Assembly: GCF_018350175.1 (NCBI RefSeq)
Contig: NC_058368.1
Coordinates: 86,368,001 to 86,432,000 of the forward strand
Source of the DNA: Felis catus
Lineage: Eukaryota
Reading direction: 5' to 3'
DNA length: 64,000 bases
Shown: positions 51,518 through 64,000 of the stretch, one piece after another
How the letters are laid out: each line of letters starts with the position of its first letter
How positions within the stretch are numbered: position 1 is the stretch's first letter
Notes under the pieces: model-generated
Databases searched by the model: none
What the model was told of the DNA's origin: nothing
What the model saw: only the letters and a program-made list of their open reading frames with translations
Position numbers and translations under genes: made by a program

Positions 51518-51735
51518 GGAGCGCCTGGGTAGCTTAGTCGGTTGAGTGTCTGACTTTGTCTCAGGTCATGATCTCTCCATTCATGAGTTTGAGCCATGCA
51601 TTGGGCTTTGTGCTGACAGCTCAGAGCCTGGAGCCTGCTTTCGGATTCTGTGTCTCCCTCTCTCTCTGTTCCTCCCCTACTCACACTCTGTCTCTCTCTG
51701 AAAAATAAATAAAGATTAATTTAAAAAAAATACAA
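51518..51735 (+). mobile_element. Can-SINE inserted at an L1 A-tail
   Basis: Typical SINE body. Confidence 0.9.
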
Positions 51736-51899
51736 AAAATAGTAAAAGTGAAAAAAATAGATACTCCATTTATTAGTAATTATCAGATAATAGAAAATCA
51801 GATATGATTTACCAAATACTTAAAAGATTATGAAACATTGACAAAAAAATGAGACAAGGTCTCAAGAAGAAACAACAGAAAAATGTAAAATATGCACTC

Positions 51900-52175
51900 C
51901 TGACCTGCCTAGATTCCCATATTTTATGTCCTAGAGTTCAAACTTCCTGGATTGCATCAATCAGGTTCACTTCCTGTAACTTTGAATTGGGCATGGCTAA
52001 TGAAGAGTGTTTTAAGTAGATCAGACAATAGGAATTATACAGTCTAGTGTTTTTTGTTTGCTTGCTTGCTTGCTTGCTTGTTAGTTTTGCTTTGTTTTGT
52101 TTTTTCTTCACTTAAGCTTTCATTTTGTAGAAGTCCCTCTTGCTGGTTGAATATTCTGAAGATCACAGCTGTGTT
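51900..52175. mobile_element. Possible ancient ERVL LTR (LTR33-like) fragment
   Basis: ggattgcatca..ttgggcatggctaatg..agatcaga..gaagatcacagct resembles LTR33 from memory; highly diverged. Confidence 0.4.
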
Positions 52176-53269
52176 AATCATTTCTTTGTTCATCTTATCC
52201 TTTTCCTATTTTGTTTTAATTCTAAAGTTAAACATACAGTGTAGTCTTGGATTCAGGAATTGAACCCAGTGATTCATCTCTTACATATAACACCCTGTGC
52301 TCATCCCAAAAAGTGACCTTAAAGCTTGTCACTCATTTAACCCACCCCCACCACATCTCCATCAACTCTCAGTTTGTTTTCTATATTTAAGAATCTCTTA
52401 TGGTTTGCTTCCCTCTGTTTTTATTTTTCCTTCCCTTCCCCTATGTTCATCTGTTAAATTTCTCAATATCCACATATGAGTGAAATCATATTTGTCTTTC
52501 TCTGACTGGCTTATTTTGCTTAACATAATACACTCTAGTTTCATACATATTGTTGAAGATGGCAAAATTTCAATCTTTTTTTATCACCAAGTAGCATTAT
52601 ATTGTATATTGTGGAGTTATTTCTAGAGAGTGTATCGTAAGCCCTGGGAAAGTGAATATGAAATAAAGGCTATGTGCAGTTTGCTGCTGCTGCTTTTTCA
52701 TTTGCAGAGGCAGCCCTGCATGTCTGCTCAGTCTAAGTGCCTGAGAACTGTTTCTTCAGTAAGAGGTTACAACTGTCGCCGAAACAGGGACCAGCAAAAT
52801 CGACTGTGTAGCTCATCTCTCAAGCCCCAAAAAGGGAAAGGACCACTGCTCATCCAGGTAGGAACTACCAGCACTCAATAACCATGACAAGATGAGAAAA
52901 ATATCCCTAATCTTTTCTGTTTCACTCAGGCATGCAGACCCCTCATCTTCTTGTTTCTTTTACATTTGTTTTCATGTTCGCTTGTCATTGGGGATTTCAC
53001 TATCTAAACAGGAAGATATACATAAGGAGCAACTCTGTATGCTTTTGTTCTAAGGAAGTAAAATCCCAAAGATTAAACCAATTGCTTTCCATAATGTATC
53101 AGCAATGCCCATGGTCCCCTGTGGTGGTCCATTGAAATGGACGATTGGAAGTACATAGGGAACTGCTTAAAAAATGGTCTTGGCCCATTAAAGATCTCTC
53201 ATTTACACACTTGGAACTTATGCTGCATTGTCATTTCTGCTTTACAAGAAAAACCTGATAAAAAATAGT

Positions 53270-53500
53270 TGGCAGGACTCTCCCATGTAATTTAACCCAC
53301 TAGAGTAAATTTGGATTGCAAAATTTAGAAAAGGACTGATCTTCTGTAAAACTGCATGTCCTTAATACAATCTACCAGTTTTATTTCTTCTGCAAGAAAC
53401 AGGATAAATGGACTGAGGTACCCTATGTCCAGGCTTTCATGGCCCTATTCCAGGATCCAGAACTGAGGGCCTCTTGCAGAATGTGTTTGGCCACCAACTA
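53270..53500 (+). pseudogene. gag: Class I (HERV-W/ERV9/HERV-H-type) gag matrix remnant
   Basis: From 53373: YQFYFFCKKQDKWTEVPYVQAFMALFQDPELRASC, matching the class I motif FC...GKWSEVPYVQAF; upstream LIFCKTACP*Y. Confidence 0.75.
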
Positions 53501-54480
53501 GGCTAATAAACTCTCTCCTGATATATTGGATGATTGTCTTAACAAGCCTCCTCCTAATAAACCCAGGTTGCTGGAGAAAACACAGGCTATCCCTAATGAA
53601 GGGGACGCTGACACTCTGTCACTGTTCCTCTTTCCTAATAGACTCAGGTTACTCTAGCTGCATGTGGGGGCTTCTCCCTCATTCATTTCCTAAGTTAATG
53701 ACTATGATAATTGGAGCAATTGTCTATGGTTAGTCTACCTAGGGAAGGAGACTTTAAGGAATATTCACAAGGAGCTGCTGAAATGCCTTTTGTTTCATGG
53801 AAATTCCCTGTCTTCTTTGACTCGACATGGACTGCCCATTTCCAGTTGTGGTGGGGAAAAAAATCTGTCTCTATTCATAACTGATAGGGTTTAGAACTGG
53901 GAGACCTCTTTCTGTCCTCTGAGCTTTAATCCATCTCCAGCCTCCTTGGAAGTACCTCACCTCTTCTGCCCTTCTTTCCCTCCTCCTACTTCTACACAAC
54001 TTTGGATGCAAACTACGTGACAGACTTCCACACTTTCAGGGCACCTCCAGCACCATCGGCTTCTCCTCCTTCCCTCACTGTCCAAGGATCAAAGAACACC
54101 CGTTTTAGACTTTGATTCTCCACTTCAGATTTCCTCACTGGTACCCCAGGTAAAAATTGAGCATGGTAAACAAATTGCTTCACTTTTAAATGGATCCAGA
54201 TAAAAGATATTTGGTATTTTAATAAAATTAAGTTTATTGTTTTAATTAAGATAGACTTGTCTTTAAAATTGTCTACATTAAATTTACAACTTTTTCTACC
54301 TAGGTTTACTAAAGATCAAATAAGCTCATGTAATCTCTGTTGCAATTTGTTAACAAAAAGACAATTTAAAATAATGTCTACTTCTGTCTCAAAAGTTTTC
54401 ATGGGTAACTGTTAAGATAGCTTTCAAGGTCTTTGATAACCTAAAACTTTAAAGTTTTTTCTGGATGATAAAAGTTTTGT

Positions 54481-54690
54481 CTGGGTGGCTCAGTAGGTTA
54501 AGCATCCGACTTCAGCTCAGGTCATGATCTCATGGTTCATGGGTTCGAGCCCCATGTCGGGCTCTGTGCTGACAGCTTGGAGCCTGGAGCCTGCTTCGGA
54601 TTCTGTGTCTCCCTCTCTCTCTGTTCCTCCTCTGCTCTCTCTCTCTCTCTCTCTAAAAAATAAATAAAGATTTAAAAAATTAAAAACAAC
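54481..54690 (+). mobile_element. Can-SINE inside the provirus
   Basis: Typical body lacking the first few bases. Confidence 0.92.
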
Positions 54691-55043
54691 AGAAAAGCAA
54701 AGGATATTTAAATCTGTTAAAAAATTATTTGTGCTTAATTGATTCATAAATTTTCCATCTAAAAAATTCTGATATAACAGTTCACAATTGGTTACTACTT
54801 AATTTTTACTGGAAACTAAGGTTTCTGAGAGTTAAAATTCTGCTAAATATAATTAAAACTGATGAAAATAAGAAAAATAACTCTGTATGTAAAAAATTAA
54901 GATATAGATTTATATATTTTTTTATATTTATATAAAATATATAATATGTATAATATAAAATATATAATATATGTTTATATGTATTTATATATATTTTATA
55001 TATATTTATATATATATTTAATTTTTTACATACAGTTATGTAA

Positions 55044-55087
<44 letters not shown>

Positions 55088-55731
55088 CATTTTTGTTAAA
55101 GGTAAAAGAAAATAATTTTGTCCAAAATGAGACTGGTTATTAAAAATAATGGCTTGGGAAAAAATCTAAATGCAAAGGAAAGTTGTAAATGTTTCGTGAA
55201 TGGAAATCTTTGGGAAAAAATGTGTGGTTAAGACAGACTAAAGTTAAAATAAATGGATTTTAAAAATACACTAACACAAGGTTAAAATTCTACTTTTCTC
55301 TCTATTCAAAAAGCAGTTTTCTTGGATTGTGGATCTGCTCTTGAAAGAAATGTAAGCAAAGGTTTTTTCTCTTTGTCTGACAAAAGAAAAAAAAAAGCTT
55401 TATGTTTTGTTTTTATCAGGTCTTTAATTACTTAGTAAAAACTTCTCAATGTTAAAGGAACTAGGTTTTGCTAACAACTATATAAACCTACATATTTGCC
55501 TTTAAAATCTCTTATCGCTACCTTGATTAAATAAATAAGATTTATAACGATCTGTAATCCTATTGACGTTACACTTTATAACTTTCTAAGATTTTAACAA
55601 ACTTCCTAGGATTTAAAATTGTAAATAAAGTCTTTGTAACCAATTGAGTCTTTTTATTTAATAAATAGTCTTGGAAAGCCCAAATAATTGGAAACTTTAG
55701 GGTGTATTGCTTGGGTAAATACTATTAACTG

Positions 55732-55775
<44 letters not shown>

Positions 55776-55960
55776 CACAATTCCTAAAGCTTTAATATGT
55801 TTTAATATATAGTCATCACTTGATATTCTGATTATCAAAATGTTATATGTCACACACTAAATTTCCTTCTCAATTACATCATAATAAACTCTCATCAAAA
55901 TAAATTCTTATATCAAAATTTTAACCATGTCCATTTTTAAGTCTTTTGTCATTTATAGTG

Positions 55961-57900
55961 ATGGCAGTAACCCCTCCCAGCAGGATGTGGAATCCAAAGA
56001 AGAGGACGATTGATCACTCAGCCAACTGAATCATCTTCTGGGTAATGTTAGAAATTGAACCTCAAAGGTTAATGAGGTTTTAATCAACACAGGCACACCC
56101 GAGACCCCTAAAAATATGTTTCTACCCATCATCTCTTGCCTTGCTGCCAACTCAGCTAAGGTAATACTCCTGCTAACGTCTCTGCTTTATTTACCTGTTG
56201 CTTCTATTCACCCACCCTTTACTTTTACCTACTGGGCTCATCTTCTTAGCTCTCCTATTTGTATTTAGTCTCTTGGAAAGATCCTAAAATTCCTGTCTCA
56301 TCTAATGACTCCTCCATTACCAGAAGACACTGGGTTCCCATTAATGCTAATGATTTGCCTAACTATCCATCACATAGAGTCTCAATAAATTGGACTTTTT
56401 CTCACTTGGGCATCTCTCTATGTTTCTGTTATAATCCTAACACTTGTAATACTAACCAAAGCCTCTGTGTCCCTCTTCACAAACAATGGTATGCTTAAGA
56501 CACCAAAAAATGTATTCCAGGTAAGTACTATCCAGTATCTTATTTTGTTCTCAAAATAGAAATATGAGGAAACCTAAATGAGGGAAACTGAGTACCCAAA
56601 ACTTCAATGCCAGTATATACCAAACCCTGGCTGGAGATGGGGCCCTATGATGGCTTCTCATGGGACCTCTGCCATTCTTGTACTTTAACCAAATATCCGT
56701 AGTAAACAATAAAATCCTTGAAATTTGGGGACCTCAAGGAAAGTAATGGATGGAGAAGTAATAGAACCTAGGAAGGACATATCTGGAATCAGTCACTTCC
56801 TTTCCTATGACACTTTTACCCCCATATGGAATCCTGGACTTGTCATTCCAATACTTTGAGTCAAATATTCCACTAATGCTTATTCTTCTATTAAAACTTC
56901 CTTTTGGAGGATTGACCTGCCATTTATTCACAGAAAATTTATACATGATCCCACTACATTTATACATGACAAATATAATTGGTCCTATACCAATGAAATC
57001 AACAGTACTCTTATATGTACTACAAGGCCATATATTTTACTACTTGCATCTGCAGCTCCAAATTTTAATGAGAAACACACTATTTTAATAGGGAACAAAA
57101 CATGGGTGACCACTTTGTTTCTCTCCTACAAATATATCACATTTATATGTACCCTTTATTCACATCACCAAAGTCACAACTGTAGTCACTGGTTCAATTT
57201 AATCGGCCTTGGCAAGGGGGCGGTGCCCATTGCAACAACTTGTCTCTGAATTATAGGAAAGAAAGAGAACCAAAAGATTTCTAGGCATTGTGTTGGTGGC
57301 TATTTGGGCCATTACAGCATTTGCAGCAATAGCACGCTCGGCAGTCACCTATCCAACTCCTTACAGACCACACACCAAATAAACCAATATATGTAAAATA
57401 CTACACTAGATTTGGGGGAACAAGTGAGAATTGATCAACATATCTTTGCCCAACTTCAGGCATTAGAAGCTGCTCTTGTGTGTCTAAGAGAACATCAACA
57501 GGTATTGTGGACTTTATTACGACTTACGTGACACAGGTTTCACAACCTACTGTATCACCCCCACTTTACACAATGAGTCCTAGAATTAAATGCATAGACA
57601 TCTTAATCAGGCATTTGACTTGCCCTTAAATGTCTCCATTAACAACTTAAAAATCAGATTGCAAAAATAATTACAAGAACTTCAACCAAAAAAGGCAATA
57701 ATTAACACTCTCAGTATTTCTAACTGGATCAAACCAAAAAATTGGTTCTCTGGGTTCAATCTACAGTCCTGATTTAACAAATATAATATTGCTAATAATA
57801 TTGGGTTTTTGTTTGTTTTGTTTTGTTTTGTTTTGTTGTCAAAATGATGATGTCTCTTTGCTCCTCTAACAAGTCACCCAAGGTGTTCTTCACCATACCC
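55961..57900 (+). pseudogene. env: Betaretrovirus-like env remnant
   Basis: TPKNMFLPII signal region; FTYWAHLLSSP / VSWKDPKIPVSSND (SU N-terminus); RTKR-FLGIVLVAIWAITAFAAIA furin site and fusion peptide at 57266; QVRIDQHIFAQLQALEAALVCL; YCITPTLHNES. Multiple stops and frameshifts. Confidence 0.85.
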
Positions 57901-60900
57901 AGATACTCACCACTTCTGTGACAATTCCTGATTCTGTTAACTGAAAAAAAGAGGGGGGGAGGGGGAGATGTAGAGTTATTTTTATAGAGTGTATTGTAAG
58001 CCCTGGGAAAGTGAATGGGGTAATTTATGAAATATCAGCAATGTTCTGGTTTCAAGATTGTCTGATGTGCTAGCACTATGAGATCCAGAGCCTCATGATC
58101 TTCCAGGAGCCAGTTGGGGAACAGACCCACTGTAATTGTCTAGCTGTCCTTGAGACTGCATCTTTCCTGCATGCTTTCACATAAACACCGTTTGTGTGTT
58201 TGGTCTATGTCTGGAGGCTCTTCGTGTTTTCCTACAATACTTTGGCATTCTTTGATGTTTATACCTGTTGAACATGAAATATAAACTATGTGCAGTTCAC
58301 TGCTGCTGCTGTCTTTGCTGGCAGAGGCACCCTGCACGTCCGCTCAGTCTTAGTGTCTGAGAACTTTTTCTTCAGTGTGTGGCTACAGTATATACACATA
58401 CCACATCTTCTTAATCCATTCATCAGTTGATAGACATTTGGGCTTTATGCACAATTTGGCTATTGTTGGGAGCACTGCTATAAACAATGGGTTGCACGTG
58501 CCTGTCGAATCAGCATTTTTGTATCCTGTGAATAATTCCCAGTAGTGCAATTTCTGGGTCATAGGGTAGTTCTATTTTTAATTTTTAGAGGGATCTCCAC
58601 ACTGTTTCCCAGAATAGCTGCACAAGTTTGCATTCCCACCAAAAGTGCGATAGAGTTCCCCTTTCTCCACATCCTTACCAAAACCTGTTTCTTATGTTGT
58701 TAATTTTAGCCCTTCTGGTTGGTGTGAAGTGATATCTCATTGTGGTTTTGATTTGTATTTCCCTGATGATGAGTGATGTTGAGCATCTTTTCATGTGTCT
58801 GTTAGCCATCTGGATGTCTTCTTTGGAAAACTGTCTACTATGTCCTTCGCCCATTCTTCACTGGATTGTTTGTTTTTGGATGTTGAGTTTGGTAAGTTCT
58901 TTGTAGATTTTGGATGCTAACCCCTTATTGGATAAGTAGTTTGCAAATATCTTCTTCAATTCTCTTAGTTACCTTTTAGTTTCCTTGATTGTTTCCTTTG
59001 TTGTGGAGAAGTTTTTATCTTGATGAGGTCCCAACAGTTCATTTTTGCTTTTATTTCCCTTGCTTCCAGAGATATATCAAGTAAGAAGTTGCTGTGGGTG
59101 AGGTCAAAGAGGTAGCTGCTTGTTTTCTTCTCTAGGATTTTGATGGTTTTCTGTCTTATATTTAGGTCTTTCCTCCATTTTAAGTTTATTTTTGTGTATG
59201 ATGTAAGAAAGTGGTCCATTTTCATTTTTCTGCATGTTGCTGTCCAGTTCTCCCAGCACCATTTGCTGAAGAGAGTTTCTTTTTCCCATTGGATACTCAT
59301 TCCTGCTTTGTGAAAGATTAGTTGGACATATATTTTTGGTTTCATTTCTGAATTCTCTATTCTATTCCATTGACCTATTGTCTGCTTTTGTGCCATTACC
59401 ATACTGTCTTGATGATTGCAGCTTCATAATACAGGTTACAGTTCATGACTGTGATGCCTCCAGCTTTGTTTGGTTTTCTTTTTCAATTTTACTTTGTCAA
59501 TTCAGAGTCTTTTCTGCTTCCATAAACATTTTTGAATTGTTTCCTCTTGCTCTGTGAAGAATGCTGGTGTTATTTTGATAGGAGTTGCATTGAATAGTAG
59601 GTTGCTTTGGGGAGTATCAAGATTTTAGCAATATTTGTTCTTCCAGTCCATGATCATGGAATGTTTTTCCATTCTTTATGTCTTCTTCAATTTGTTTTGT
59701 AAGCTTTCTATAGTTTTCATTGTATACATTTTTCACCTCTTTGGTTAAGTTTATTCCTACATATTTTATAGTTTTTGGTGCAATTGTAAATGGGATAAGT
59801 TCCTTGATTTCCCTTTCTGCTGTTTCATGTGGTGTATAGAAATGCAACTGATTTCTACACATTGATTTTTATATCCTGCAATTTTGCTGAACACATGTAT
59901 CAGCGCTAGCTGGTGGAATCTTTTGGGTTTTCCACTTAGAGTATCATGTCCTCTGTGAAGAGTGGAAGTTTGACTTCTTCTTTGCCAATTTGGCTGCCTT
60001 TTATTTCTTTTTGTTGTCTGTTTTTTGAGACTAGGACTTCCAACACTATATTTAACAACAGTGGTGACAGTGGACATCACAGTCATGTTCCTTATTTCAG
60101 GGGAAAGCTCTCAGCTTTTCCCTACAGAGGATGATATTAGCTGTGGGCCTTTCATATATGTCTTTTATGAGGTAAGGTATCTTCCTTCTATCCCTACTTT
60201 CTTCAAGGTTTTTATCAAGGAAGGATGCTGTATTTTATCAAATGTTTTTTCTGCATGTGTTAACAGGATTGTATGGTCCTTATCCTTTCTTCTATTAATG
60301 TGGTGTATCACACTGATTGATTTGCAAATATGGAACCAGCCTGCAGCCCAGGAATGAATCCCACTTTATCATGATAAATAATTCTTTTAATGTACTGTTG
60401 AATTCAATTTGCTAGTATATTGAGAGTTTTTGCGTCCACGTTAATATGGATATTGGCCTGTAATTCTTCTTTCTTGTGAGGTCTTTCTGTGGTTTGGAAT
60501 CAAGGTAATGCTGGCTTGATAGAATGAGTTTGGAAGCTTTCCTTCCATTTGTATTTTTTTTGGAAATGTTTCAGAAGATTAGGTATTACCTCTGCTTTAA
60601 ATGTCTGATAGAATTCCCCTGGGAAGTCATCTATCCCAGGACTCTTGTTTGTTGGGAGATTTTTGATAACTGATTCAATCTCTTCATTGCTTATGCATCC
60701 TTGTCAAATTTTCTATTTCTGCTTGTTTGAGTTTTGGTAGTGTTCGTCTAGGAATTTGTCCACTTCTTCCAGAATGCCCAGTTTGTTGGCATATATTTTT
60801 TTCATTCAATTCTTTTATAATTGTTTGCATTTCTGTGGTGTTGGTTGTGATTTCTCCTCTTTCATTTGTGATTTTATCTAGTTGTGTCCTCTCTCTTTTT

Positions 60901-61149
60901 TTTTTTAGAAGTCTTGCTAGGGGTTTATCAATTTTGTTTATTCTTTAGAAAAACCAACTCTTATATTCATTGATGTGTTCTACTGTTTGTTGTTGTTGTT
61001 TGTTTGTTTGTTTTATTCTATGTTGCTTGTATCTCTTCTAAATTTTATTTCAGATTATGTTTCAGATTATGTATCTCACTCTCTCTCTGCCCCTTTCCTG
61101 CTGTCATTCTGTCACTCTCTCTCAAAAAAAAAAAAAAAAAAAAACTTTG

Positions 61150-61378
61150 ACAAGACCAAAATTAAGAAGTTTCTATCATATGCTTTCTAGAAATTTTATG
61201 TTATCAAGTGTTACATGTAAAAATTTAATCCATTTTAAGTGAATTTATGTGAACGATGTAATGTAGGGGACCAATTTTTTATTTTTTTCCACATAGTTAT
61301 CTATTTCCATTTATCTTACATTGAAGATATTATGTTCCTATTATATCTTCCTTGTTTTTCTTGATAAATATTAGTTGA

Positions 61379-61423
<45 letters not shown>

Positions 61424-62310
61424 GGTTCTTTTCTTGGCAGTCAATCAGTCCCATTGATGTGTCCATTTTTACCTTGGTTATGTATGATTTTAATTACTAT
61501 AATTTTGTAATTAAGTATGCAATCAGGAAGTGTGATGACTCCAATTTTATTTCTCTTTTCAAGATTGTTTTTGCTCATCTAGGTTTTTGTGGTTTTGTAT
61601 TAACTTAGAGATAGCTTTTATTTCTGTTTCTGTGAAAAAAAGGTAACAATCATAATTGAGATTTTTAAAATTTGTTTTGGGATAGAAAAAGAAAGAGAAT
61701 GTACAAGCAAGGGAGGGCCAGAGAGAGAGGGAAAGAGAATCTGAAGCAGGCTCCACACTGAAAGCACTGAGTCCAATGCAGGGCTTGAACTCATGAGCCA
61801 CAAGATGATGACCTCAGCTGAAAACAAGAGTCAGATGTTCAACTGACTGAGCCACCCAGGTGGCTCTGTAATTGAGATTTAAAAAAAACATATTTTTCAG
61901 GGAGTTTGTTGTTTGTATATAGAAATGAAACTTTCTTAATATTTATTTTGTATCCTGCTATTTTTCTAATTTTGTTTATTGGTGTAAATTTGCAATCGTA
62001 TCATCTGCAAACAGAGATATTTTAAATTTTCCTTGCCAAGTTTGATGTTTTGTATTTCTTTCTCTTACCTAATTGCTTTGGCCATGTCTTCCAGTACTGT
62101 TCAATAGGATTGTAACTGTGTGTATCCTTGTGTTATTCCTGCTTTTAGAAGAAAAACTCAGCTTTCAATTTTTCTCCTTTCAATTTTGTGTTTGTTGTGG
62201 GTTTGTTCTTTATTTTATTGAAGTACTTTATTTCCATACTCAATTTTGGAGAGTATCATGAAAAGATGTTGGCATTTATCAAATGTTTTTCTGCATCTAT
62301 TCAGTTGATC
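61150..62310 (-). mobile_element. Older L1 ORF2 fragments
   Basis: atcaggaagtgtgatg and tcatctgcaaacagagata motifs. Confidence 0.7.
61663..61865 (-). mobile_element. Can-SINE with TSD
   Basis: taattgagattt on both flanks. Confidence 0.9.
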
Positions 62311-62319
62311 ATATATTTT

Positions 62320-62620
62320 AATTAATTTATTATTTTTATTGAAGTATTTTTGACAAAAATATTACTTCAGTTTCAGCTGTACAACATATTGATTCAACAC
62401 CTTTATATTTAATGCTATATTTGCAAGTATAGCAACCATCTCTCACCATAAAATGCTATCACAATATCATTGACTATATTCCTTAAGCTTTATCTTTCAT
62501 TTGCATAATTGAAAACTTGTATTTCCTTTTCCCCTTCACCCACTTTGTCCAATCCCCCACCAACCTCCTCTCAGGTAACACCAGTTTTATTGTATATAAT
62601 TGGGTCTGTTTATTTGTTTT
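62320..62620 (-). mobile_element. Old L1MA-like 3' end
   Basis: accatctctcaccata..ttgactatattcc motif. Confidence 0.7.
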
Positions 62621-62865
62621 GTGTGTGGTGTCTGGAAGAGATACAGTTTCATACTTTTGAATGTGGCTAAACAATTTTCCCAACATTTATTCAAAAGACT
62701 TTTACCCATTGTAATTTGTTGTCTCAATTTTTGTAGATTTTATTTATTTATTTATTTATTTATTTATTATGTAATCTTTAGTTTATTAGTGTTTAGTATC
62801 ACATTTATTGATGTATGTATGATAAGCCATCCGTACATCACATTTACAAATTCTACTTAATCATT

Positions 62866-63069
62866 TTATTTATTTATTTATTTTTCAGAGAGAGACAGAG
62901 AGAGCAAGTCAGGGAGAGGCAGAGAGAAAAGGAGAGAGAGAATCCCAAGCAGTGTCTTCACTGTCAGCACAGAGCTCGATGAGGGGCTTGAACCCACAAA
63001 CCGTGAGATCAGGACCTGAGCCGAAAACAAGAGTCAGACACTTAACCAACTGATCCACCCCGGCGTCCC
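62866..63069 (-). mobile_element. Can-SINE with TSD
   Basis: TSD tctacttaatcatt at 62852-62865 and 63070-63083. Confidence 0.93.
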
Positions 63070-63094
63070 TCTACTTAATCATTATGTGTGACAC

Positions 63095-63516
63095 TTTTAT
63101 TTATTGTTTCTTTGTTTCAAGTTTTATGTAAATTCTAGTGAGTTAACATATTATGTAATATTATTTCCAGGACTAGAATATAGTGATTCATCACTTTCAG
63201 GTAACTCTGGAATGTTCATCACAAGTGCCATACTTTACACCTATGATCCATTTAGCCTGTCCCCTGCCTATCTCCCCTCCTGCAACCCTCAGTTTGTTCT
63301 CTATTGTTAAGTGTCTCTTACTGTTAGGGTCCCTGTCTTTTTTTTTTCCTCATTCCCCTACGTTTATCTGTTTGTTTCTTAAATTCCACATGTGAGTGAA
63401 ATCATATGGTATTTGTCTTGTATATGTATGTATGTATGTATGTGTGTATATATATATGTATACATACATACATACATATGTGTGTGTATATATATATATA
63501 CATACATACATACATA

Positions 63517-63552
<36 letters not shown>

Positions 63553-64000
63553 CATTTATACAAATAGCATATGATTTCACTCATATATATATACACACAA
63601 TCAAATACCATATGATTTCACTCATATATGTATATACACATATATATATATATATATACATTTAAACAAATAGCATATGATTTCACTCATATATATATAC
63701 ACACAATCAAATACCATATAATTTCACATATATATATATGTATATATACATACAATCATCCCTTAGACATTTGAGCTCTTCCCATAATTTAGCTATTATT
63801 GATATTATTGATAATGTTGCTATAAACAATGGAATACATGTGCCCCTTTGAGTTTGTATTTTTTATTCTTTCAGTAAATACCTAGTAGCGCAATTGCTTA
63901 GTCTTTGGTTTGTTCTATTTTTAGCTTTTTGAAGAACCTCCAAACTATTTTCCATAGTGGCTGCAACAATTTACATTCCCACCAACAATGTAAGAGGGTT
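63095..64000 (-). mobile_element. Carnivore L1 3' end with a complex internal repeat at 63420-63755
   Basis: 3' UTR and ORF2 C-terminal motifs; runs off the window end. Confidence 0.88.

Larger units (their letters stand above)
52610..58387 (+). mobile_element. Defective pol-less endogenous retrovirus with two LTRs (52610-52771 and 57969-58387)
   Basis: TG...CA LTRs; perfect 6 bp TSD gtatat at 52604-52609 and 58388-58393; PBS tgtcgccgaaacagggac at 52774-52791 (15/18 to the tRNA-Lys3 PBS); PPT at 57944-57968. Confidence 0.93.
52200..61030 (-). mobile_element. Carnivore LINE-1 (3' UTR and ORF2) split by the provirus at 52610-58387
   Basis: L1 sequence is continuous across the TSD (attattgtatat | acacataccacatcttc); ORF2 fragments at 58965-60086. 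Confidence 0.9.

Noticed and set aside
55961..57900. Domesticated syncytin-like env
   Set aside because: The reading frame is broken repeatedly in both SU and TM.
58965..59402. Functional L1 ORF2 here or elsewhere in the window
   Set aside because: Every L1 copy has many stops, frameshifts or deletions; none appears competent.
63552..63755. CRISPR-like repeat-spacer array
   Set aside because: Mammalian DNA; the repeats are inverted L1 sequence and the spacers are TA microsatellite.

Overview
AT-rich mammalian DNA, almost certainly felid: it carries many tRNA-Lys-derived Can-SINE/SINEC_Fc copies and carnivore LINE-1. The window lies in a family-2 olfactory receptor (OR) cluster. There are two intact single-exon OR coding regions, both on the minus strand: an OR2L-subfamily gene (15019-15954) and an OR2AJ1-like gene (47930-48868). 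Most of the rest is decayed LINE-1, about 25 SINEs, MIR fragments, microsatellites and retroviral remnants. The other ORFs in the track are repeat fragments or noise. The most notable observations are: (1) a 5.8 kb provirus with class II (beta-like) PBS, TSD and env but a class I-type gag remnant and no pol; (2) a rearranged ERV with a tRNA-Trp-like PBS and an inverted beta-like gag; (3) a diverged ~390 bp duplicated module with conserved NFI-like and O/E-like motifs, a candidate OR promoter; (4) related LTR sequences on both sides of OR2AJ1; (5) a textbook twin-primed L1 inversion. I see no evidence of a new protein-coding system. Family assignments come from remembered motifs, not database searches, and repeat boundaries are approximate unless a TSD is quoted.
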